DNA of 62,831 nucleotides, from positions 1 to 62,831 of the IMG/VR virus record IMGVR_UViG_3300025598_000039, one strand, 5' to 3'. The stretch's first letter is position 1. Each line of letters opens with the position of its first letter. The stretch is from a virus (taxonomy: Duplodnaviria > Caudoviricetes). The notes below the pieces were generated by a model that had not been told where the DNA came from, did no database searches, and saw only the letters and a list, made by a program, of their open reading frames with translations. Positions 1-8,984 of the stretch are shown in pieces. Both the position numbers and the translations under genes were made by a program.

Positions 1-374
1 AAGCACGAGACACAACTTGGTTTAACAACGGTCAAAATGTTTTCTGTGCTGGCAACCATACCTCTTCTGGTTATACAGACGTTGCTCAAAATGTTGGCAC
101 AGAAGCACTTAATACGTGGTATTATGTGAGTGTAACATTCGATACAGGACTTGGATGGAAAATATACGTAAATGGTGCGCTAGTTGGTGCAAGTGCTACA
201 CTAAATGTTGGACAAAATCCTACTACTCCTGTAATTGCTGCTACACAAACATCGCCAGCATTTTATGGCGATATTGCAGCAGCACATTGTTATACAAGAG
301 CATTATCACAATTAGAACATTATCAAAACGCAAGTTATTGGCTAACTAGATATAATGGTTCTATCCCAACATAA
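1..374 (+). CDS. LamG/ConA-like lectin domain virion protein, 5' truncated by window edge
   Basis: Frame open from position 3; motifs WYYVSVTFD..WKIYVNG..YTRALS; paralogous to 1106..1819. Confidence 0.75.
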   Translation, partial: ARDTTWFNNGQNVFCAGNHTSSGYTDVAQNVGTEALNTWYYVSVTFDTGLGWKIYVNGALVGASATLNVGQNPTTPVIAATQTSPAFYGDIAAAHCYTRALSQLEHYQNASYWLTRYNGSIPT

Positions 375-383
375 GGATTTACA

Positions 384-1106
384 ATGCCAAATTTTAACAT
401 TGAAGGTGGATGGACAGTAGGAAACGGTTGGGGATTACAGAGTTATAGTGGTGGAAATCCTGTTACTGCTGGGCTTGTTATGAACCTTGATGCCGCTACC
501 CTTTCAGCAAATCCAACAACTTGGACAGATAGCGTAAGTAATTTAGCATTTACTCTTTATGGCTCACCAACTTATAGTAGTGCCAATGGCGGTGTGTTGC
601 AATTTGCCACTGCCAGCAGTCAGTACGCACAAAGCCCCAATCCAAGTTTTGGCACCTTGACAACATTCACTGTGGAAGTCTGGCATTATTACACAGGTAC
701 CAACACAGGAAGTTCGCCTTGCATAATTACAGAAGTTTTTACAGGCGGCAGCATCAATTACTTCCTAGGCAGCGGCACCACCACGGGTGTGCAGGCTGGA
801 TTCTTCAATGGCCAGTTTCACGCCACTAGTGGCTATGCACCCACTGCTAGCAACTGGTATCAATTGGTGGACACATATGATGGTGCCACAGTCAAATTGT
901 ATGTGAATGGTACACTCACATACTCAACATCTTACACAGGCACACCATCCAGTGGAGGCAGTGGTGTGCGACTCATGCGCCGTTGGGATAATGCTGAATA
1001 TTGGGGCGGAAGTTTAGGTATAGTTCGTATCTATAATGGTGCGTTAACGCCAACGCAAATAGCAACAAACTATAATGCTAATAAAACAAGATTTGGTTTA
1101 ACTTAA
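384..1106 (+). CDS. LamG/ConA-like lectin domain virion protein
   Basis: GLVMNLDA..TWTD, WYQLVDTYDGATVKLYVNG, RIYNGALTPTQIATNY. Confidence 0.8.
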   Translation: MPNFNIEGGWTVGNGWGLQSYSGGNPVTAGLVMNLDAATLSANPTTWTDSVSNLAFTLYGSPTYSSANGGVLQFATASSQYAQSPNPSFGTLTTFTVEVWHYYTGTNTGSSPCIITEVFTGGSINYFLGSGTTTGVQAGFFNGQFHATSGYAPTASNWYQLVDTYDGATVKLYVNGTLTYSTSYTGTPSSGGSGVRLMRRWDNAEYWGGSLGIVRIYNGALTPTQIATNYNANKTRFGLT

Positions 1107-1819
1107 TGGTAGCGTTTGTTATAGGCAGCGGTTATTCTATCGGAAGTGGATGGTCAATATCACCGCCTTTAAGTTTAATTACTAACGGATTGTTGTTTAA
1201 TGTTGATATGCAAAACTATACAAGCGGAACTACTTGGCTTGATAATAGTGGTAACAATAATAATTTTACATTTTCTGCAACACCAACCGTTACTAACTTA
1301 GGAACTACAACTGCCTATTTTACTGCTGGCAGTGTTTTTGCCACTGCAACGGGCGGCACAATATTTGGTGCAGTTGCAAATTATAGTAAAGGTATTGTTA
1401 TTCGTGGCAATGGATCAAGTTTTGGAACAGGCAATCTTATAAGCAGTACTGGCAACGAAGCATGGTATTTTAACGGTAGTAATGTACTTTATGGCGGAAA
1501 TAATAATGGTGATGGTGTTGCATCAACTGTCCAAACTAGTGGTAGTGAAGCCTTTAATGTTTGGTATTATTTAAGTATGACATTTATTACAGGGACAGGT
1601 TGGCAATTCTATGTAAATGGCAGTCCAGTTACTACTTCTAGTGGTTCAACAGTTGGGAAAGTAGCAAGCACTCCGCAAATTGGAGCATTTGCTAGTGGTT
1701 ATAACTTTGCAGGAAGCATAGCAGTAGCACACGTTTATACTCGTGCACTGAGTGCAGCAGAACATTTATCAAATTATAACTATTATAACACAAGATATAG
1801 TGGTTCTACTCCTGCTTAA
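1106..1819 (+). CDS. LamG/ConA-like lectin domain virion protein
   Basis: GLLFNVD..TWLDNSG, WYYLSMTF, FYVNG, VYTRALS; TAATG coupling to the previous gene. Confidence 0.8.
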   Translation: MVAFVIGSGYSIGSGWSISPPLSLITNGLLFNVDMQNYTSGTTWLDNSGNNNNFTFSATPTVTNLGTTTAYFTAGSVFATATGGTIFGAVANYSKGIVIRGNGSSFGTGNLISSTGNEAWYFNGSNVLYGGNNNGDGVASTVQTSGSEAFNVWYYLSMTFITGTGWQFYVNGSPVTTSSGSTVGKVASTPQIGAFASGYNFAGSIAVAHVYTRALSAAEHLSNYNYYNTRYSGSTPA

Positions 1820-1891
1820 CATAAATACTCTTGTCGTTTAAGACTACGGTCTAGCCAGCCGTGACCTAGAACGTCGCACAAGGAGAATAAA
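1820..1891 (+). promoter_or_regulatory. Late-type promoter (CATAAATA) followed by a structured 5' leader that pairs with the RBS
   Basis: ATAAATA at 1821; CTCTTGT/ACAAGGAG, CGTT/AACG and TACGG/CCGTG complementarity. Confidence 0.55.
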
Positions 1892-2710
1892 ATGGCAAAG
1901 TTTAAGATTGAAAAAACAAATACAGTTAACGAATATTTTGATGCAACAAACGTAGTAGGCGGAACAGGTGGTTTGTTCAATACCCTAACACCTACAGTTG
2001 TAAGCCCTAACGTTTATCTGCAAGGTGGCACAAAAGGTGCTGCTGGATCAATCATTCGCAGCAAGGGTCGTGGTAAGTTTCAAGTTGTTGATAGCACAAA
2101 CGTATACCCAAATGCTATGACTGGCGGTAATGCATATGCAATTATTACTGCTGGCAATACAAATTATTCAAAATTCACAAGTAGTTACATAAGTTATAGT
2201 CAAGGTGATATTTTTAATGTTATCAACGCAAGTGCAACTGATGTATCAACTGGAATCGTAAATCTTGTTGGTGTTGCAACATTAACAAACGTACCTGGTC
2301 AAAATTTAACAACAGGTCAAGCAAGTCTTCCAATTTATCTTAATGCATTTACTGCAAACGTAGGTAATCTTGGTGCAAGTGGTGCTACAACATTTATTAG
2401 CGTAATTTTTGCTAATGCTAACGTTGTTGGTGTATCAAAGCCAACTATTGGCAGCAGTTTTGCTAACCTCGCTCTTGGTATTGTTGGTAATGCAACTGTT
2501 ACAAGTATTGCCGCATATGGCACAAACGGTTCAAATGTTAACGTTGCTATCAGTTCCCAAACTGTTGCAAACGTAGCAAGTGCAACTATTAATACTACAG
2601 TATATGCAGCACGTTTAACTAATAAGACTGCAACAGACTTTAGTAATAACAAATATCTATGGACATTTAATACCCCAACTGCAACAACTGTTCAGTTGCA
2701 AGGTAACTAA
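1892..2710 (+). CDS. Virion structural protein, unknown function
   Basis: 272-aa ORF with strong SD AAGGAG; G/T/N/A-rich; own terminator. Confidence 0.6.
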   Translation: MAKFKIEKTNTVNEYFDATNVVGGTGGLFNTLTPTVVSPNVYLQGGTKGAAGSIIRSKGRGKFQVVDSTNVYPNAMTGGNAYAIITAGNTNYSKFTSSYISYSQGDIFNVINASATDVSTGIVNLVGVATLTNVPGQNLTTGQASLPIYLNAFTANVGNLGASGATTFISVIFANANVVGVSKPTIGSSFANLALGIVGNATVTSIAAYGTNGSNVNVAISSQTVANVASATINTTVYAARLTNKTATDFSNNKYLWTFNTPTATTVQLQGN

Positions 2711-2733
2711 AATCTATCCAAATAACCAATATA

Positions 2734-2762
2734 ATAGCAGCCTACGGGCTGCTATTTTTTTA
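2734..2762 (+). terminator. Rho-independent terminator
   Basis: ATAGCAGCC-TACG-GGCTGCTAT followed by a T run. Confidence 0.9.
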
Positions 2763-2776
2763 TAAAATGCCCTTCG

Positions 2777-2784
2777 TATAAATA
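2777..2784 (+). promoter_or_regulatory. T4-type late promoter
   Basis: Exact TATAAATA in intergenic position; related copies at 4316, 8957, 14851, 36398, 36665, 41166. Confidence 0.75.
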
Positions 2785-2804
2785 TTATCGTAGGATTTTA
2801 TTAA

Positions 2805-3569
2805 ATGGCAACTGTTAAAAGAGTAGTTGGTGCAAACGGTCTTTATGCTCCCTGGGACATTTATAGTAACGTTGTAACTATTCATGGCAACTTAAATATC
2901 GTTGGTAATACTGAATACCTAAACAGCACAGTAACACAAATTGGTAACGCATACGTGTATCTTAATACAGGTGATGTTGGACCTGGTGTAACTGCTGGCA
3001 ATAGTGGCGTTATTATTAATCGTGGTACTAGCAACGGTTTTGCTAATGGTAGTGTCGTTGGCAATGCTTATTGGGTATGGAATGAACCAACACTAAGTTT
3101 TCGTGGAACAGCAAATGGTGCTGTTACAAAAGTTCAGGGCGCAAATGCATCAAGTGGCTATGATCTAATTAATTATTATACTTTATCAGGCACACCATCT
3201 AGTGCTGGTGGTGCTAATGCGCAAGTTCAGTATAATATTAACGGTGCATTAACTGGTAACTTTAATTTTACTTTTAATAATGGTAATTTGAGTGTTTATG
3301 GAACTAATATAGGCAACGGCAACGTTACTGCAACAGGTGTAAGCCAAGATTTAACACTAGTTGCGCCAAATGGTAAAGTTTATGTTAATAGTGTATTGAA
3401 ACTAAGTTATCAAGCAACTGCACCTAGTAATGTTGCAAGCACTACGCAATTGTTTGCTAACACGGTTGGTGGCGGCGGAACTGGACTATACGTAGTAAAT
3501 AGTGGAACAGGTGACGAACTGATAACTAAAACAAAAGCAACAGTTCTTGCTCTAATTTTTGGATACTAA
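2805..3569 (+). CDS. Virion/tail structural protein
   Basis: GNLNIVG, GVIINRG and GGANAQVQYN motifs shared with the fibre genes. Confidence 0.6.
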   Translation: MATVKRVVGANGLYAPWDIYSNVVTIHGNLNIVGNTEYLNSTVTQIGNAYVYLNTGDVGPGVTAGNSGVIINRGTSNGFANGSVVGNAYWVWNEPTLSFRGTANGAVTKVQGANASSGYDLINYYTLSGTPSSAGGANAQVQYNINGALTGNFNFTFNNGNLSVYGTNIGNGNVTATGVSQDLTLVAPNGKVYVNSVLKLSYQATAPSNVASTTQLFANTVGGGGTGLYVVNSGTGDELITKTKATVLALIFGY

Positions 3570-3578
3570 GGATAAATT

Positions 3579-3893
3579 ATGTCAGTTATAAATGCAAATT
3601 TAACAACAGGTGCTCAGGCAATTTACACAAGCACAAACAATACGGTTGTTACACTTCTTTATTTTTGCAACGTTAGTGGTTCACCTAAGACAGTTAATCT
3701 TTATGTTGTGCCAAGCAGCCAAAGCAGTGTTGGTGCACAAACTTATAATCAAATTTATAGTAACTATGCAATCACAACTAGTGATACATTAGTTGTCAAT
3801 ACAGAAAAGTTTATTTTAAGTAATGGTGATGCACTTTATGCAAACGCAAATGCAAGCGGTATTACAACAACAGTAGGATATATTACTCTCTAA
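3579..3893 (+). CDS. Small beta-rich virion protein
   Basis: 104 aa in late operon; YFCN..VNLYVVP..KFILSNGD pattern. Confidence 0.55.
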   Translation: MSVINANLTTGAQAIYTSTNNTVVTLLYFCNVSGSPKTVNLYVVPSSQSSVGAQTYNQIYSNYAITTSDTLVVNTEKFILSNGDALYANANASGITTTVGYITL

Positions 3894-4297
3894 TGGCACG
3901 CTCACTTAAAAATCCTGGTATTGGTGGTAGCGCAGCCGTAGTCCTACCAAGTGGAACTACTGCTGATCGTCCGCAAAATCCAGTTAATGGTCAAATTCGT
4001 TATAATAGTGACACACAACGCTTTGAAATATACTATAATGCTTGGCAAAGTATTGCTATTTTAGGAAATGTAACTATTCAAAAAGATACATTTACTGGTG
4101 ACGGTGTTACTTCTTCATTTACTCTTTCTTATATTCCACCAAGCCCTAATTCAATTCTTGTTTTTGTTGGTAACGTAGCACAAAATCCTAATGATGCTTT
4201 TACACTTAGTGGTTCAACAATTACTTTTGCAAATCCACCACCAGCAACTCATACTGTAGTAGTATTTCATAAATTTAATAGCACAGATGCTAACTAA
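3893..4297 (+). CDS. Tail/baseplate-associated protein
   Basis: LPSGTTADRP..GQIRYN and FTGDGVTSSFTL..QNP..FTLSG..ITF modules, also found in the fibre genes. Confidence 0.65.
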   Translation: MARSLKNPGIGGSAAVVLPSGTTADRPQNPVNGQIRYNSDTQRFEIYYNAWQSIAILGNVTIQKDTFTGDGVTSSFTLSYIPPSPNSILVFVGNVAQNPNDAFTLSGSTITFANPPPATHTVVVFHKFNSTDAN

Positions 4298-4340
4298 TAG
4301 CCAAAGTTAATATACCATAAATATTAGATAGGTTTATTAA

Positions 4341-6338
4341 ATGGCGATTCTAGGTAAAGTTTCAGGTTCTATGTTGCAGAGCAATCTTCTACGTTATAAC
4401 GTAGATTTGATTGTTGATGGCAATTTAATGTATTTTGATACAAACAATCGTCGTGTTGGTATTAATAATAATTTACCTGGAAATTCATTAAGTGTCAACG
4501 GCACTGTAACACTTGGAAATATATTCATAAGTGGCAATACTATTGCTGCAACAACTGGTAATTTATTTTTATATAGTTATGCTGGAAATATTGATGCTAG
4601 TAACCAACGTATTGGTAATTTAGCAACACCAATTTATAGCGCAGATGCTGCTACAAAATCATATGTTGATAATGCCATTTCATCTGATTTATTTGGTAAT
4701 TTAATAGTTTTAGGTTCTAATACAACTGGACAGTTAGTTTCTAACGCAGTTTCATTAACAACAACTACATATGTTACCGATGGTATTGCAAGATTAAACC
4801 AAGTTTTAGGTAAACTTGTGCCGCCAGCGCCAGGCAATTTTCCAAATAGCGGTGCTCTAAGTTTAAGTGGGTTGTCTACAATTGGTCGTATGACAAACTT
4901 TACACAAACTGATAACAGCGGTTGGGGTAACTTAAGTGTAACTGCTGGAACAAGCATTACAAATGGTATTAGAACTAATACTATGACTACCAATACTTTT
5001 ACACGTCAAGGACCAGGTGATAGTGGTAACGTGCAAGTTATAGTAAACGGTGTTGCTACAGGTTATCATGTTATGTCGCCAGGCAACAATAACAACGGAA
5101 CTTATGGCCAACTAATTATTACATCTAACCAAGATTATAGTGTGCTAAGTGGTGGTAGTGGTGGATTCTGGAGTAGTTTTAGTGCGCAAGGCAGTGGTGC
5201 TAATGCTGCGGCTGGTTGGAATCAAGTTTATTTGACTGATAGTGCAGGCGCAAACACAAGTGCTGTTAGTTGGTATTATGATAATAACAATCCTGGTGCG
5301 CCTGTTTGGAGTAATTCAAATATAGCATTAACTACAAATAGTGCTACATTTAGTTCTACAGTTCCGCATCTTAATAGTAGTAGTGTATGGCGTTTAGCAG
5401 CAAATATAGCAAAACTTAGTGGCGATACATATTATAGCAGCGACACATTTATTGTTGGTAGTGCTGGTGGTGCTATTTCTACACCAAGTAGCGTTACATA
5501 TACGCAAGCAGGTGTTACAACACCACTTACACGTAATGCTTATGTAAGCAGTGGAAGCGCATATTTTACAACAACTGCAAGTGGAATCTCTGGTTTTGGC
5601 AGCAGCAGCGGTAGTCCAAGTTTAACTGCGTATAACAGTTATAGTAGTGCCGCTCAAACATTTTCAACAGGCGTTACTGTTCTTTATAAAACTGGAACGT
5701 CAACACAGATTGAAGAAACAAGTTTAACAAATGCACTTAGTGGTGCGCCAAGCACATTCCGTATTGTAAATCCTGATAGTGGAAGCGCAAGTGATACGCC
5801 ATCATTTACTGGTAGTGAAAGTGCATTTAACAGCCAAACTGGACCATTTTATACAACTGATGCTACGGTTGTTGCTGCTGTATTAAAGTTTGATCAAACA
5901 AATTATAGCAGCGGTTATCAACCAGTTGGTCCTAATTTGAGTGGTCAAGGCAGCGCACAGTATTTTACATTTAAGTTTGCTAAAAGCGCACTTGCTAAGT
6001 TTAATATTCAGTATAGTGGCACTATTGCTGGTCTTTGGGTCGCGCTTCCTGGCATATCTCCAACTTACAGCACTCTAAATGGTTGGTATAGTATGAGTAG
6101 TGCTTATGCTGGTAGTGGTATACCTGGTGCTGGACCTGGTGGTAATGGCAGTAATGGTTGCGCAGTTGGTGGTAATGCTGTCTTAAATAGTTTTGTATCA
6201 AATGGCAGTTATACTTGCACATTTGGAACAGTCAATACTAGTAGTGCTGGCAATTTAGGAAACGAAGTTTATGTTCGTGTAAAACTTACCAGCGGTCAAA
6301 GTTTGACTGCGTTGAGCATACAGGTGGCAACTAACTAA
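4341..6338 (+). CDS. Tail fibre/virion structural protein
   Basis: 665 aa, S/G/T/N-rich; DAATKSYVD and RVGINN fibre motifs. Confidence 0.65.
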   Translation: MAILGKVSGSMLQSNLLRYNVDLIVDGNLMYFDTNNRRVGINNNLPGNSLSVNGTVTLGNIFISGNTIAATTGNLFLYSYAGNIDASNQRIGNLATPIYSADAATKSYVDNAISSDLFGNLIVLGSNTTGQLVSNAVSLTTTTYVTDGIARLNQVLGKLVPPAPGNFPNSGALSLSGLSTIGRMTNFTQTDNSGWGNLSVTAGTSITNGIRTNTMTTNTFTRQGPGDSGNVQVIVNGVATGYHVMSPGNNNNGTYGQLIITSNQDYSVLSGGSGGFWSSFSAQGSGANAAAGWNQVYLTDSAGANTSAVSWYYDNNNPGAPVWSNSNIALTTNSATFSSTVPHLNSSSVWRLAANIAKLSGDTYYSSDTFIVGSAGGAISTPSSVTYTQAGVTTPLTRNAYVSSGSAYFTTTASGISGFGSSSGSPSLTAYNSYSSAAQTFSTGVTVLYKTGTSTQIEETSLTNALSGAPSTFRIVNPDSGSASDTPSFTGSESAFNSQTGPFYTTDATVVAAVLKFDQTNYSSGYQPVGPNLSGQGSAQYFTFKFAKSALAKFNIQYSGTIAGLWVALPGISPTYSTLNGWYSMSSAYAGSGIPGAGPGGNGSNGCAVGGNAVLNSFVSNGSYTCTFGTVNTSSAGNLGNEVYVRVKLTSGQSLTALSIQVATN

Positions 6339-8614
6339 TGGCTATTTCACAAACACAAATTGTTGATTATTTGCTGAAAAAAGTTGGTTATGGCGTTGCC
6401 AAGACCGATGTTAGCACAGCCAAAAGTCCAAGTAATGAAAGTAATGCAAGTCCACTGCTTAGTCCTGGCTCTACTATTTGGCAGCAAGATTATTTAATTC
6501 CTAGTGTTACCACACTACCAAGTGCCAACAATGCAGTAGTTACTGTTTATCGTGATAGTTTATCAACAACTGTTCAAAGTGTAAATCTTGCAGAAAGCAC
6601 TACAAACCAAACATGGGCAACTAATTTAACAAATTGGATTCCAACACAATATGGTGCTGGTTATCAATTGCAAGTTTATGCTGCTCCAAGTGGTAATAGC
6701 GCACCGCAAACATATGGCGTTTCTTTGCCACAAGCAGGTAGTGGTAATAATGATAGTTGGTATTTTGACTACCAATCAGGTCTTTTAAATTTTGCTGATA
6801 CAAACGTTCCAACTTCTGTTACATGGAATGGCTCAACTGGTAACGTAGTATATGTTGTTGGTGCTCGTTATACAGGTCAAAGCGGAATAACAAATTTTGC
6901 ATCGCCTATTACTTTTAGTAATACAATTACCTTTGGTGCTAATATACAAGCAAATGCTAATTTAATTATCAGTAATAATTTAACTGTTAATGGAAACATT
7001 ACAACTGGTAATTTATCAACAGTTGGAAATGTTACTGCTTATAGATTTTATGGTGATGGTAGTCAATTAACTGGTATTACTAGTTATAGTAATGCTAATG
7101 TTGCAGCATATTTGCCAATTTATAGTGGAAATATTGGTGCAAATTGGGTCAACGCAAACTATATTAATGGAAATGTTATTACAAGTAATATAAGTGCAAG
7201 CACAGCGAATGCAAATATTACAATTACGCCAGGCTCAAATGGTTATGTGAGTGTTAATACAAATAGTGCTTTCCAAGTTCCAGTAGGAACTTCATTACAG
7301 TATCCAATTATAAATCGTGTTGGTATGTTGCGTTGGAATACCGATTATAGTTATCTTGAAATATTTACTGGTGCTACATGGGAGGCTGTTGGTATTGAAG
7401 GAACTCACCTAGTTGTAAGTGATATTTTTAGTGGTGATGGCAGCACAACTGCTTTTACTTTAAGTCAAAATAGCACGACTACTGGTACCTTAGTGAGTGT
7501 TAACGGTGTTATTCAGATTCCCAGTTTGTCATATACAATAAATGGTAATTCACTTGTATTTGTTGAAGCACCAGTAAGCACAGACGTTATTGAAGCGCGT
7601 GGAACTACAGTATCAAAACAAACTACTGCGCTATTGGGCGGAAATGCTGCACTTTCTATTGTAAATGTTAACGGTGTTGATACTCTACAATTTGTAGATA
7701 ATAGCCAATTAAAATTTACTTGGGATACTGCAAACGCAAATATTTATACGCCAATTTACAGTTCAAATAATATAAGCACAACAGCAAACATTTATGCTAA
7801 TAATTTTATAACGCTTACTGGTGGACAACATATTGGTTATATTACTGGTGCAATAGGTGCAAATGGTGCAAACAGTGGTGCATTTACTACTGTTAGCACA
7901 TCAGGTAATTTAACTGTTGGTGCTAATACTAATGTCAGTGGTAACATTATTCCATCCTCAAATGTTACATATGATTTAGGATCATCTACTAATCGTTTTA
8001 GAACACTTTATCTAGCAAATAGCACTATTGACATGGGTGGTGTACTAATTGGAACAGCAAATGGAAAACTAACAGTAGGTGGTAATAGTGGTCAGTTAAT
8101 TCCTGCTGGCACTATTATGACTTTTCAACAGTCATCAGCACCAACAGGATTTACAAAAGTAACAACTTATAATGACTATGCTATGCGTATTGTTAGTGGT
8201 TCAGCAGGAAGTGGCGGTAGTGTAGCATTTAGCACGGCATTTACTTCACAGTCTGTCAGCGGAACTGTTGGCGCAACTACACTAACAACATCACAAATAC
8301 CACCTGCCTCTGTTAGTGTTAGTGTAACTGATCCTGGTCATACTCACTGGATAAGTGGTGCTTCTTTTGATGACGGCAATTTTTCTGGTCATGGTGGCAA
8401 TACACAAGATTGGGGTCTGTATGCTGATGCTAGCAGTTACAGTTCAAGTGATCCTAATCACAGTTATGGTCGTTATAGTTTAAGTGGAACAACTGGTATT
8501 ACTGCAAGTGGAACAGTAAGCGGCGGTAATGGTTCGCATACTCACTCATTTACTGGAACTAATATAAATCTGAATGTAAATTATTTGGATTTTATATTGG
8601 CTCAGGCTAATTAA
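6338..8614 (+). CDS. Tail fibre protein with C-terminal collar/tip-like domain
   Basis: YSNANVAAYLP repeat; IPAGTIMTFQQSSAPTGF collar-like motif; GHTH and HTH His motifs. Confidence 0.75.
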   Translation: MAISQTQIVDYLLKKVGYGVAKTDVSTAKSPSNESNASPLLSPGSTIWQQDYLIPSVTTLPSANNAVVTVYRDSLSTTVQSVNLAESTTNQTWATNLTNWIPTQYGAGYQLQVYAAPSGNSAPQTYGVSLPQAGSGNNDSWYFDYQSGLLNFADTNVPTSVTWNGSTGNVVYVVGARYTGQSGITNFASPITFSNTITFGANIQANANLIISNNLTVNGNITTGNLSTVGNVTAYRFYGDGSQLTGITSYSNANVAAYLPIYSGNIGANWVNANYINGNVITSNISASTANANITITPGSNGYVSVNTNSAFQVPVGTSLQYPIINRVGMLRWNTDYSYLEIFTGATWEAVGIEGTHLVVSDIFSGDGSTTAFTLSQNSTTTGTLVSVNGVIQIPSLSYTINGNSLVFVEAPVSTDVIEARGTTVSKQTTALLGGNAALSIVNVNGVDTLQFVDNSQLKFTWDTANANIYTPIYSSNNISTTANIYANNFITLTGGQHIGYITGAIGANGANSGAFTTVSTSGNLTVGANTNVSGNIIPSSNVTYDLGSSTNRFRTLYLANSTIDMGGVLIGTANGKLTVGGNSGQLIPAGTIMTFQQSSAPTGFTKVTTYNDYAMRIVSGSAGSGGSVAFSTAFTSQSVSGTVGATTLTTSQIPPASVSVSVTDPGHTHWISGASFDDGNFSGHGGNTQDWGLYADASSYSSSDPNHSYGRYSLSGTTGITASGTVSGGNGSHTHSFTGTNINLNVNYLDFILAQAN

Positions 8615-8618
8615 GTGT

Positions 8619-8942
8619 ATGGAACTTAAACCAGGAACATTTTGTCCATTACTAAAGAAAGACTGTATTCAATTACAGTGTAGTTGGTTTATACAAGTTC
8701 GAGGTAAAAATCCAAATACTGGAAAAGATGTAGATGAGTGGGGATGTTCAATTGCTTGGCTACCACATTTGCTAATTGAAAATGCTAATCAAACTCGTCA
8801 GGTTGGTGCAGCAACTGAAAGTTTCAGAAATGAAATGGTAAAGGCTAGCGAAAACTCAATACGTGCTATGGTTGCTATAACACAGAGTGATGTGCCGCTA
8901 AGAATTGTCGGTAGCACGTCTGAAAATGATCAGCAGCAATAA
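8619..8942 (+). CDS. Small Cys-rich protein, probably tail-fibre associated
   Basis: CPLLKKDCIQLQC..WGC followed by a helical C-terminus; directly after a fibre gene. Confidence 0.55.
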   Translation: MELKPGTFCPLLKKDCIQLQCSWFIQVRGKNPNTGKDVDEWGCSIAWLPHLLIENANQTRQVGAATESFRNEMVKASENSIRAMVAITQSDVPLRIVGSTSENDQQQ

Positions 8943-8984
8943 CAATCATTATATTGCATAAATATTCCTAACGGAGTCCAATTT

